64,000 nt of DNA. It comes from Octopus vulgaris. Lineage: Eukaryota. Below are positions 54,182 to 64,000 of this stretch, piece after piece. The notes below the pieces were generated by a model. That model was given only the letters and a program-made list of their open reading frames with translations, was not told where the DNA came from and ran no database searches. The position numbers and the translations under genes were made by a program. Position 1 is the first letter of the stretch; each line of letters begins with the position of its first letter. The stretch covers positions 151,838,001-151,902,000 of the forward strand of contig OX597817.1 in NCBI GenBank assembly GCA_951406725.2, written 5' to 3'.

Positions 54182-55009
54182 GGATCTTTTCCTTTTGAAC
54201 GGAACTTTATAACATAATTTCTAGTTAACTAAAAAGTTTTAAACTTCGTATACTGGTAGAATGTGTGTATAAAACATCATTTTTTCTTGCCTTTATTGAG
54301 AAAATTCTATAGGTTGTAAGATATTTCGTCTTTAATTTCGAGCATTTCGGCAATTTTAACCAATCAAATACGTCCATTTAGGTAAATAACATTCTGTGCA
54401 TAATGAATATGTCCCTCCTTTAAGAAACAGATTGGGTTTATTTACATTTGTGAAGAAAAAAAGATACCCTTCCCCAACCCCTAACTAATCCTAACCCTAA
54501 ATCTAAAATAGATTGAAATGCAATAGATCGCTACTAGGGCCATAATTATGGGTGACATTTTCATTTGACACCGCTAGAAAAAAAATCCCATTTTCAGTAG
54601 CGGTGTCGTATGAAATTGTCACCCATAATTATAACCCTAGTATCGATCTATTGCATTTCAATCTATTTTAGACTTAGGGTGAGAGTTAGGGTTAGTTAGG
54701 GTTAGGGTTAGGGGTGGGGGAAGGGTATCTTTTTTCTTCTCAAATGTAAATAAACCCAATCTGTTTCTTAAAGGAGGGACATATTCATTGTGCACGGAAT
54801 GTTGTTTACCTAAATGGAGGTAATCGATTGGTTAAAATTGCCGAAATGCTCGAAATTAAAGACGAAATATGTTACAACATATAGAATTTTCTCAATAAAA
54901 CCAAGAAAAAATGATGTTTTATAAACACATTCTACCAGTATACGAAGTTTAAAAGTGTTTAGTTAAATAGAAATTGTGTTAAAAAGTGCCGTTCAAAAGG
55001 AAAAGATCC
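54182..55009. mobile_element. Fold-back element: ~400-bp inverted arms of the 52400 MITE family, inserted in a SINE-B
   Basis: Termini ggatcttttccttttgaacgg / ccgttcaaaaggaaaagatcc; arms complementary up to gacaccgcta...tagcggtgtc near 54570-54610. Confidence 0.85.
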
Positions 55010-55585
55010 CTTCCTCAAGGGATGAAAAGTAAAGTGGACCTCGGTGAAATTTAAACTTAAAAATGTACAGACGTACGAAATGTCGCTACGCTCTGTTAGC
55101 CGGCGTGCTAACAATTCAATCAGTTAGCCTGACCATCAGTAACACATCTCGCAGAGATTCAGAGGGAGAAAGGGACTGGCAGGCAGTCATGGAGGGAAGG
55201 GGCTATCTGTAAGCAAGCAGAAAACTGTCAATAAACTATACCTTAATAAATCTCTTTAAAGTTTTTCTGAGTCTTACATCACAATGTACAACGAAGTCAA
55301 ACAGATGAGAACCTTTGATCGAAAGCGTGTTCTTTTCTTTTAATTATTGTAGAGTGTAAGGCGGCGAGCTGGCAGAAACGTTAGCACGCCGGGCGAAATG
55401 CGTAGCCGTATTTCGTCTGCCGCACATGTGTTCGTGAAGTAAGAATTGCTGTTTCGTGGTGTTAATATTGTTAACAACTGTTGTTTCTTGTTAAACTGTT
55501 GAATAACTTAACTGTTGGAGTTTTCAATTGAAAACACTTAGTGCTTGTGGTAGCACGCGTTGTTCATTCCCCTTTGGGGGGAAGA

Positions 55586-56919
55586 ATGTCGTCTAGCATG
55601 GAGCCTACCGTTGGAGCAGAAATACTTGTTTCTCCTGTTGAGAGGAGGAAATACATGTCCGGCGAGGAGCCAACTACAGACAAGGAAATAGGGGTTTCCC
55701 CGCTACAAGAAGGAATAGCAGAGAGGATAATATATTTGATATTTTTGGAGATGTGTCTGAGAGCTCGTCAGAACTTTCACCAGAAGAGTTTCCGACTTTG
55801 CCAGAGAACAAAGGCATTGTGTCGAAGAGAATAATTGATGTGCCTAGCATCCAGATAGAACCAAAAAATGGAAAAAAAAGTTTTGCGTTGGCTGTTGGGG
55901 GTGGAACCCAGATACTGTCGACGAATAAAAGCGAAATTATGAAATACAGCAAAATAATGGAAATAACTGACAACGGTGTGGAAATTGAACCTCCGCAAAA
56001 GTTATTACAGGAAGAAAAGCAAAAAACAATAATTTTCAAAACATATTGTCTACAAAAAAAGAAAAATTGAAAGAATGTCAGAAGAGAAAATAGAAAAGTG
56101 CTTAAAGCCAATATTGGGCGACGTAGTATTTCTGAGAAGAGGAAAAAATTCGGAACGGTGGAAGTAAGGTTCACCAATAAAGAAATAGCACACAAGAACT
56201 CAGTTGAAACGTTGAAAACGAACGACGTGGAGTTAATCTCCTATTATATGGGGATGAGGACGTCGCGAATAAAAATTACAAGGGTCCCGCCAGAGGTCGA
56301 ACCTATGTGGTTGTTGGCGGCAGTCCTAATCAAAGAGGTAGAAAAAATTACTCTCCTCCAGGCTACCGCTACGGAAAACCCACGCTGGGATGGTCAAACA
56401 ATTAATCTTCTCATTCAAGCGGACCTTAAAATAATTCAAACAATTCCTGAGACAATTGAGGTAGGGGAGGAGAACCTCGTGGTGTTTGTTGAGGGCCGAA
56501 AACCTCGATGTTTTTTATGTGGTCAATTAGGCCACATTCGAAGGAACTGCAAGGAAAATGAAGAAGAGGAGGAAGAGGAGAAAAAAGACAAAGAGGAAGA
56601 AGATAAAGAAGAAACAGATGAGAAAAAAACAACAAACAAAAGAAAAATACAACCAGCAACCCAACCGAGAGCGGCGACTACTACAGAACAACGACCAAAA
56701 AAGACTGCCAGAAGAGAAAAAGAAGAAAAAGGCATAATAGCCGTATACACTAAAGATACTGAGCTCATGAGAGACATTCAACTCATAAAGACTGTAAAAA
56801 AATTTGATAACCTTTCAGAGGAATTTATCAATTACGACATATATGAAGTCTCAAATAAGACTTATAGAATTCTACAAAATAAGTACAGAAAGACTATCTT
56901 CATTGAGATTAGATTTTAA
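55586..56919 (+). pseudogene. LINE ORF1 (gag-like nucleic-acid-binding protein), two apparent frameshifts
   Basis: Three overlapping frames (55541, 55753, 56098) join; CCHC knuckle CFLCGQLGHIRRNC followed by acidic/basic tract; shifts near 55730 and at the A-run near 56060. Confidence 0.8.
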
Positions 56920-57123
56920 CAAGTCGATATTTCATGGATTACCAGCTCCGATCCCGCGAGAAAAGGAAAAGGTGGAGATTCCCCCTCCACCTGATAATTT
57001 TGTGTCGGTGGTGAGACGGGATTTTGACAAATCTATTTCCCAAGACCGTCCACCTCCGACCCTGGATCAAAAAAATGTGGAGGGTCCCCCTCCACCGGAC
57101 AATCCTAATTAAACAGGTAAGTG

Positions 57124-60100
57124 ATGGCTATTCACATTGGTTGTTTAAATGTTCATGGCCTGTTGTCAAGCTGGAAGCAAGGACGCTTTCTGAATGACAT
57201 CAGGTCGAGAAATTTGGATGTAATTGTTGCAACGGAAACCCGGGTGAAGGGGCCAAGAGATCTGCTCCCCCTCCTGAACGGCTACGAGAAATACGTTTCT
57301 CCGAGTCGGGCGGGAGGTGGGGGTGGGGTGTTGGTCCTACTAAAAAGAAACCGGGTAGCCGAGAAAAAGTTGGTTTTTTCTGACCCAGAAGGCAGGCTGG
57401 TCGTTCTCGACTTGACATTCAGTTGTGACAAGACAATCAGGCTGGTTGCTATTTACGCACCAAACATTATTGGCCCGCAAACTGAATATTTTCGTGGCCT
57501 AGGAAAGTTCCTAGCCACGTCGCATTCACTAGTAGTGTTAGGAGACTCTAATACAATATGTGCAGCACACACAGATTGTGTTGGCTCAAACTCGAACATG
57601 AACAGAAAATGTAACCCAGGCTTTCGGGATCTGCTAAGTCAATTTCAGCTAGCAGATCCATATAGGTTGGAGCACCCGAACACTCCACAGTGGACGTGGT
57701 CAAATAGTGACGGGTCTACCAGAACATATCTAGATAGGATTTTAATTAGAGAAAAAGATAAGTCCATAGTTGAGTGTCCACAGTTTTTTCTAGTCAGCTA
57801 CAGTGACCACAAGATGGTTACCTGTAAACTGACGGTAGATAAGTTGCATAGACAGGTATCTGGCTACTGGAAACTCAATACGTCCCTTTTGGCGATTGAG
57901 GAGTACAGAAAGCGGATCAAGATGTTAATACAGAGGGCATTAACAGGTACCATCATCAATAACAAATGGTGGTACGCCCTAAAAAGAGCCATCAAATATG
58001 AGTCTATTAGGTTTAGCATAAGTTTAGCTAAGAAGGGACGTAAAATAGGAGATGGTCTAGTTAAGGAACTAGAAGAAGCCTGGAGGACTGGTAATACAGA
58101 CCAAGCGAGGGTGAAAAGACTGGAGTTAAACCAGCATCTTGAAGCCCACCACATGGGAAGTATTACCAGAGCTAAGTTACGTGCAATGGGAAGTGAAGGA
58201 ATCAAAGCCGCTGGATGGGCCCGAGTGGTGGAAGCTCGGCAAGGAAATAGTTCCTCTATTCGGTCTTTGACGAATCAAAATGGTGTCTTGATAAACGAAC
58301 CCGAGAAAATGTGTGAGGTCTTTCGGGAGTACTTAGCCCAGCTGTTCGGGGGTGACGGCGGTCCTGGTGGTGGGAGCGCCCTCGAGGACTTTCTTACCGG
58401 GCTGCCGTGCCTCTGATGCGGAGTCTTGCGAAGGGCCAATCACACCTGAGGAGGTGATGGAGGCTTTGGCCGATTGTAAAGCGGGTAAGTCACCGGGACT
58501 TGATGGTCTTCCGTACGAGCTGTATAAATGTATGCCAGACTTGTTCGGGCAACTACTGACTGACGTGTACGCGAACTGGAAACAGAATGGGTTTATCCCC
58601 AGATCTGTGCGCCGGGGAGTAGTGACGTTGGTCAGAAAGGACCCGGACAAGGGGGACGTTCTAGAGAATTTCAGGCCCATCACTCTGTTAAACGCAGAAG
58701 TGATGATTTTGGCCAAGGTTCTAGCAAAAAAGTTGGCGCGTGTCGCGAATGGTATAGTCGGGGAGGCACAGACATGTGCCATCCCAGGCAGAACCATTCA
58801 GGATACCCTCCATCTTATTCGCTATACCATAGAGAGGTTTGGTAATAAATCTGGCAAAGGTGGGGCATTGGTGCATTTGGACCAGTCTAAAGCTTTTGAT
58901 AGGGTTGACCATCGATACCTAGCGACTGTACTTGCGCGGTTTGGCCTGGGCCTTGGCTTCCTCATGTGGTTTATCGCTTTGTACCACAACATTGACTCGA
59001 TAGTTCGGGTGAACGGTTTCCTTTCGAAGCCGTTCTGCATCAGACGCTCGGTTCGTCAAGGATGTCCGCTTTCACCACTTTTGTATGTGATGGCTCTCGA
59101 GCCATTACTGCAAAGGTTGAGTGGCATCCCGAGAGAACCAGGACTAGAGGAGTTTGTTACGGCTTTCGCGGATGATATCACTATCAGTGTAACCACAGTG
59201 GCACGCCTACGTGAAGTAGGTAAGACTATTGAGGCTTACGAGGAGGTAGCAGGAGCAAAGATTAACCGGGAAAAGTCGGTCGGCTTGCAGTTCGGCACCT
59301 GGGTTGGCAAGTCGATGCCTTCAGACAGTGTTGTTAGGCGCTGGACGGAGGGACCGGTTAAGTTGCTGGGAGTCTGGTTTGGACCAGGCCTCCAGATAGA
59401 GAAGAACTGGACGGAGGTATTGAGCAGGGTGGCTGCAGTAGTCAAGACCTGGTCTTGGCGGTGGCTATCCCTGAAAGGGAGGGCGGAAGTGGCCAATGTG
59501 TTTATCGCATCGGTCATTACCTACCGCCTGACCGTCGTGCCCTGTCCGGATTTGTGGTTGATCAGGTTGGTGAGACAGCTCTTTCGCTTTTTGTGGAAGG
59601 GCAGGTCGCCACTTGTGAAACGCTCTGTCTGCTGTCAAAAGCCTTTAAATGGAGGTTTAGGGATGCCTTGGTTAATGATGCGCAGACATGCGTTGAGGTT
59701 GAGGCACCTCTGGATTCTCCTGGATAGTGAACGGGTGTGGTCTCCGCTAGCCAGACAAATGTTCCCTGAGTTCAAGAGTTTTTGCGAACAGGAAGCCTGG
59801 TGTTCTCGTAGACCGTGGTCGAGTGAGTGGCATAAAGAGTGCCGTAAGGCCCTCTTGCTGTTCCGGCGCTCGGGCAACGCCAGCGGTGGGGGTTCCACAC
59901 GGATTTTATATAGTGGGTTGGTAGAGTCTGAATGCGACGATGGCCTGGGGTCGACTCTAGGTCTCGGATTTATTCAACTGGACAGCTTGTTTCATCGTAC
60001 ATTCGGGTTGAGAACGTTGGACAACTTCCAAAAGTCCTTAACCTGGCAATGCTACAGAGGTGCCTTGCCCGTTTGGGATAAGCTCGCAAGACATGGTAAA

Positions 60101-60518
60101 CGTCAGTCGCCAACCTGTCCAAGATGCGGGGGGGGACAGGGAAACCGTCCCTCACGCTATTGTTCAGTGTCCGGAGATAACTGAAATGTGGGCTTATGCT
60201 GAACATCTGTTGTCCGGCGAAGGAAGAGTACGGCTGTTGACTGAGTCAATTATAAAAATTGACCCACCGGGAGTTCTAACGAACGAAGGTAAGAATTGTT
60301 TTCTCACGGTTGTAGCAATAGCAAAAGAGGCTGTACGGAAGACTAGGATAAAAGGAATTAAGACAGGCAACTTTATCTCTGGTGACAATTTACGATCCTT
60401 TTTTTCTTTTCATTTGAAAAGGAAACTGTGGCTGGAGAAGAGGTGTCTGTCAGAGTGTACCTTCCAAAAGAGATGGAAGTATGTTGCACGAGTGTTGTGC
60501 GTGCAAGGAACCGTGTGA
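57124..60518 (+). pseudogene. LINE ORF2: APE endonuclease + reverse transcriptase + C-terminal zinc finger, two frameshifts
   Basis: APE motifs (LNVHGL, ATET, IYAPN, GDSN, LDRI, SDHK), WKLNTSLL, KSPGLDGLPYELY, FRPITLLN, DQSKAFDRVDH, VRQGCPLSPLLY, FADD, LGGLGMP-like motif, CPRC..ETVPHAIVQC; shifts near 58410 and at the G-run near 60135. Confidence 0.92.
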
Positions 60519-60770
60519 ATAGACGAGGAAAAAAAAAAAAAAAAAAGGAAAAATAAAAAGGTATCAGCGGTAGATCGGGGCTTGTGGGATCGGAGCGTAA
60601 CTTGATCATCGCTTCATTTGTATTGTTTTTGTACTGTGTATTCCATTCGATTTTTATGTATTGTATTTTATTTTTGATGTCACATTTATATAAAATCATA
60701 TCGATTCACTGATCCCATCAGTTGTACTGTCCATATCTATGTTTGGCCCCCGGTGGGCAATAAAGAAATT

Positions 60771-61330
60771 CGTATTTCGTTTGCCGTTACGTTCTGAGTT
60801 CAAATTCCGCCGAGGTCGACTTTGCCTTTCATCCTTTCGGGGTCGATAAATTAAGTACCAGCTGCGTACTGGGGTCGATCTAATCGATTGGCCCCCTTAA
60901 TCCGTTTGTCTGTCCTTGTTTGTCCTCTCTGTGTTTAGCCCCTTGTGGGTAGTAAAGAAATAGGTATTTCGTCTGCCGCTACGTTCTCAGTTCAAATTCC
61001 GCCGAGGTCGACTTTGCCTTTCATCCTTTCGGGGTCGATTAAATAAGTACCAGTTACGCACTGGAGTCGATGTAGTCGGCTTAATCCGTTTGTCTGTCCT
61101 TGTTTGTCCCCTCTGTATTTGGCCCCTTGTGGGTAGTAAAGAAATAGATATTTCGTCTACCGCTACGTTCTGAGTTCAAATTCCGCCGAGGTCGACTTTG
61201 CCTTTCATCCTTTCGGAGTCGATTAAATAAGTACCAGTTATGCACTGGGGTCGATATAATCGACTTAATCCGTTTGTCTGTCCTTATTTGTCCCCTCTAT
61301 GTTTAGCCCCTTGTGGGCAATAAAGAAACA
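60771..61330 (+). repeat. Tandem array of three ~185-bp SINE-B units carrying the LINE-type 3' tail
   Basis: Units begin at (c/g)gtatttcgtctgccg-like sequence at 60771, about 60963 and about 61147; each ends cccttgtggg(t/c)a(g/a)taaagaaa. Confidence 0.9.
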
Positions 61331-62626
61331 AGAAACATTAGCACGCCGGGCGAAATGCTTAGCGGTGTTTCCTCTGTCTTTATGTTCTTAGTTCAAATTC
61401 CGTCGAGGTCGACTTTGCCTTTCATTCTTTCGGGGTCGATAATTGAAGTACCAGTTGCGTACTGGGGTCGATCTAATTGATTGCCCCCCCCCATACCCCT
61501 TGTGCCTAGAGTAGAAAATTAGAAAAGATTATTGTAGAGTGTGATACCCCACTGTTATAATGAATATACTGTAACAGAAAACTTTCACATGGAAAATTAG
61601 TTAGGTGGATTCCTTTGAGCATACAAAAACGTGCATTATTAAAAACGTCACGAGGAAAGAAAGTCCTCACAGTTAGGGTTTAATACTTTGCAAGTCGGGT
61701 CTTCCACTTTGCTAGCGTTCGGTTCGTGGTGATATGTATGTCTGTCAAGGTTATAAACGTCGGAGAGAAAATGAGTTCGTCGGCGGGTCATCAATTTTTA
61801 ATTACCAGAGAAGTCTCTGTAACCAGTTTAGTGGGTTTGGCCGTTAAATTGCAATTGATAGTATACAATATTAGATAGGTTGTGTGAAAAGGTGATAATC
61901 ACTGCAACAATATATATATTTTTATTACCCAGATCATTTGTATTTACATATGTGCAATAATTGTTTAGGTAAAGTAGTATACATGGGATGGTGAATGTGG
62001 TAGCTAAAATTTTTCACAGCATAAAATATTGTAATTTATATGAAAATCGTTCGTGGATATTATAGACAGAATAAGTAGAAAGAGTGAGAACACCTTATCA
62101 CAAACTATGTAGCACCTAAGGCTGTTCTGTTTAGGAATCAATATCCCAGCATTTTATAACATTTAGTCAAATCTTCTAGAACTTTCGATAGACCTATTTA
62201 GCAGGAAAATGCACAAAACATAACTCTCAGGTTTACTGATTATTTGGTTATGTACTAGCTGATCTGATTTATCAAACCACGTTCCCGTAGGTATTAATGT
62301 CCAGTAACGTAGCTGGGAGCGAGCAAAGGAGCTACGCATATGGCTCTGCTGTGTAGACATGTACAGGCTTATGCAAGGCCCCAGGGGTGGCAAACTCAAG
62401 AGCTGCCCGTGTGGCACACACATTAGCTACACTTTAGTTAATGCGCTTTATGTGGTAAAAGAGTTAAACCGTGGTCCTAAACTGGAGAATCTGAGATGAT
62501 GGTTCAAAATTTAGTAGAAACCTCGCTTTGAGAATTTAAGGTTAGGCTTTGGATTTAGGATTAAGGTTAGAATTAGGTTTAAGATTATGATTATAAAATT
62601 TAATAATCCTTTTAAAACTAACAATA

Positions 62627-63032
62627 GGCGTAGGAGTTGCTGTGTGGTAAGTAGCTTGCTTACCAACCACATGGTTCCGGGTTCAATCCCACTGAGTGGC
62701 ACCTTGGGCAAGTGTCTTCTATTATAGCCTCGGGTTGACCAAAGCCTTGTGAGTGTATTTGGTAGACGGAAACTGAAAGAAGCTCGTAGCATATATGTAT
62801 ATGTCTGTGTGTGTTTGCTCCCACCCCACCCCACCCAACATCGCTTGACAACCGATGTTGGTGTGTTTACGTCCACGTAACTTAGTGGTTCGGCATAATA
62901 GACCGATAGAATAAAGTACTAGGCTTACAAAGAATAAGCCCTGGGAGTCGATTTGCTTGACTAAAAGCGGTGCCCCAGCATGGCCACAGTCAAATGACTG
63001 AAACAAGTAAAAGAGTAAAATAATAAAGAGTA
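62627..63032 (+). mobile_element. SINE-A
   Basis: Same structure. Confidence 0.85.
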
Positions 63033-63299
63033 ACATTTTAACAGTTTTCTATTTCAAACAGGCTGTACTCGCTATTTCATAACGTTATATGTTTTTTATC
63101 ATGGCTTGACACGCTGTCTGCTTTTCTAAACGTCCGTCTTTTTAAAGGTGCTCCAACCATGACCAATCCATCACTCTATTTTCTTTTTCTTGCATGTTTG
63201 CAGTTTAGCGCTTCTTCAAATACCGTTGGAACTGTGTTTATTTGTAACTTTTTAGGGTACTTTTTGGTTATCTCACCCTCATTAAAAAATTACCATTAA

Positions 63300-63628
63300 A
63301 AAGATTTTAGTCGAACGAATCGACCCCGGTACAATATTTTGCGAGCCTGGTACCTATTCCATTGAAATTTTTTGCTGAACTGCTAAGTTACAGAGACGTA
63401 AACAAACAAACACCGGTTGACAGCCAGTAGAAAGGAACAAACCTAAACACACGCGCACACACATTCATATGACGGCTTCAGCTTCCGTCAGCTAAATTTA
63501 TTCACAAGGTTTTGGTCGGCCCAAGGCTGTAGTGGAAGGTATATGCGCAGTGGAAGGCATATGCACAGTGGAACTGAAACCGGAACCATGTGGTTGTGAA
63601 GCAAACTCCTTACCACACAACTGCCTGC
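63300..63628 (-). mobile_element. SINE-A-related copy
   Basis: Reverse-complement head (ggaaccatgtggttg...ttaccacac) and tail segments. Confidence 0.7.
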
Positions 63629-63649
63629 TTGAAATACACACCAAACATA

Positions 63650-64000
63650 CTTAAACTTTAAAAGTGGATGGAAGCACTCCGTCGGTTACGACGACGAGGG
63701 TTTCCGTTGATCCGATCAACGGAACAGCCTGCTCGTGAAATTAACGTATAAGTGGCTGAGCACTCCACAGGCACGTGTACCCTTAATGTAGTTCTCGGGG
63801 ATATTCAGCGTGACACAGAGAGTGACAAGGCCGGCCCTTTTGAAATACAGGTACAACAGAAACAGGAAGTAAGAGTGAGAGAAAGTTGTGGTGAAAGAGT
63901 ACAGCAGGGATCACCGCCATCCCCTGCCGGAGCCTCGTGGAGCTTTAGGTGTTTTCGCTCAATAAACACTCACAACGCCCGGTTTGGGAATCGAAACCGC
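63650..64000 (-). mobile_element. tRNA-derived SINE, head cut by window end
   Basis: B-box ggtttcgattccc at the window edge, CpG-rich body. Confidence 0.65.

Larger units (their letters stand above)
55423..60770 (+). mobile_element. Near full-length Tx1/L1-clade non-LTR retrotransposon inserted in SINE-B
   Basis: Two-ORF structure, 3' UTR with AATAAA, 16-bp TSD cgtatttcgt(c/t)tgccg at 55407-55422 and 60771-60786. Confidence 0.92.
55358..61527 (+). mobile_element. Composite SINE-B locus: host SINE containing the Tx1 LINE and three tandem SINE-B derivative units
   Basis: SINE head ggcggcgagctggcagaaacg at about 55360; 15-bp outer TSD attattgtagagtgt at 55343-55357 and 61528-61542. Confidence 0.85.

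Noticed and set aside
54470-54720. Telomere or interstitial telomeric array
   Set aside because: Only a few degenerate CCCTAA/TTAGGG units, internal to the MITE arms
55674-60699. Minus-strand ORFs overlapping the LINE
   Set aside because: Antisense shadows of LINE ORF1/ORF2 with no recognisable motifs
60771-61330. CRISPR-like array
   Set aside because: Units are ~185-bp SINE copies with no unique spacers; eukaryotic context and no cas genes
1253-63036. Recurrent short ORFs such as MSSDVGGTN... and ...LPKVPCSGTEPGTMWLVSKLLTTQPLL
   Set aside because: Antisense translations of SINE-A copies, not a gene family

Overview
AT-rich, repeat-dense eukaryotic genomic DNA, most likely an octopus or related cephalopod (inferred from the SINE families and the dense TA/TG microsatellites). 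It holds two convergent host genes: the last three exons of a + strand glycine-rich-domain (GRDP/DUF1399-like) gene ending in a (GGC)n tail (13557-20839), and a complete two-exon - strand TAF1A-like gene (51806-46413, about 481 aa). Most of the rest is mobile DNA: about 16 copies of a microsatellite-bearing tRNA/CORE-like SINE (family A), a second tRNA-derived SINE (family B), RTE LINE relics and tails, a mariner relic, a Ty3/Gypsy RT relic, TTAA-flanked and 8-bp-TSD MITEs, an 830-bp fold-back, a Helitron-like element and a 2.45-kb complex microsatellite. The most notable system is at 55.3-61.5 kb. A near full-length Tx1/L1-clade LINE sits at a precise site inside SINE-B (16-bp TSD) and shares its 3' tail with a SINE-B variant that is stacked in tandem at the same site. 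Dispersed copies of that variant show a correlation between tail variant and target sequence. A tRNA-headed SINE with a degenerate hammerhead ribozyme lies in the TAF1A intron. The first ~9 kb shows duplicated and garbled segments that look like assembly artefacts. All family assignments come from motif recognition by eye; no searches were run.
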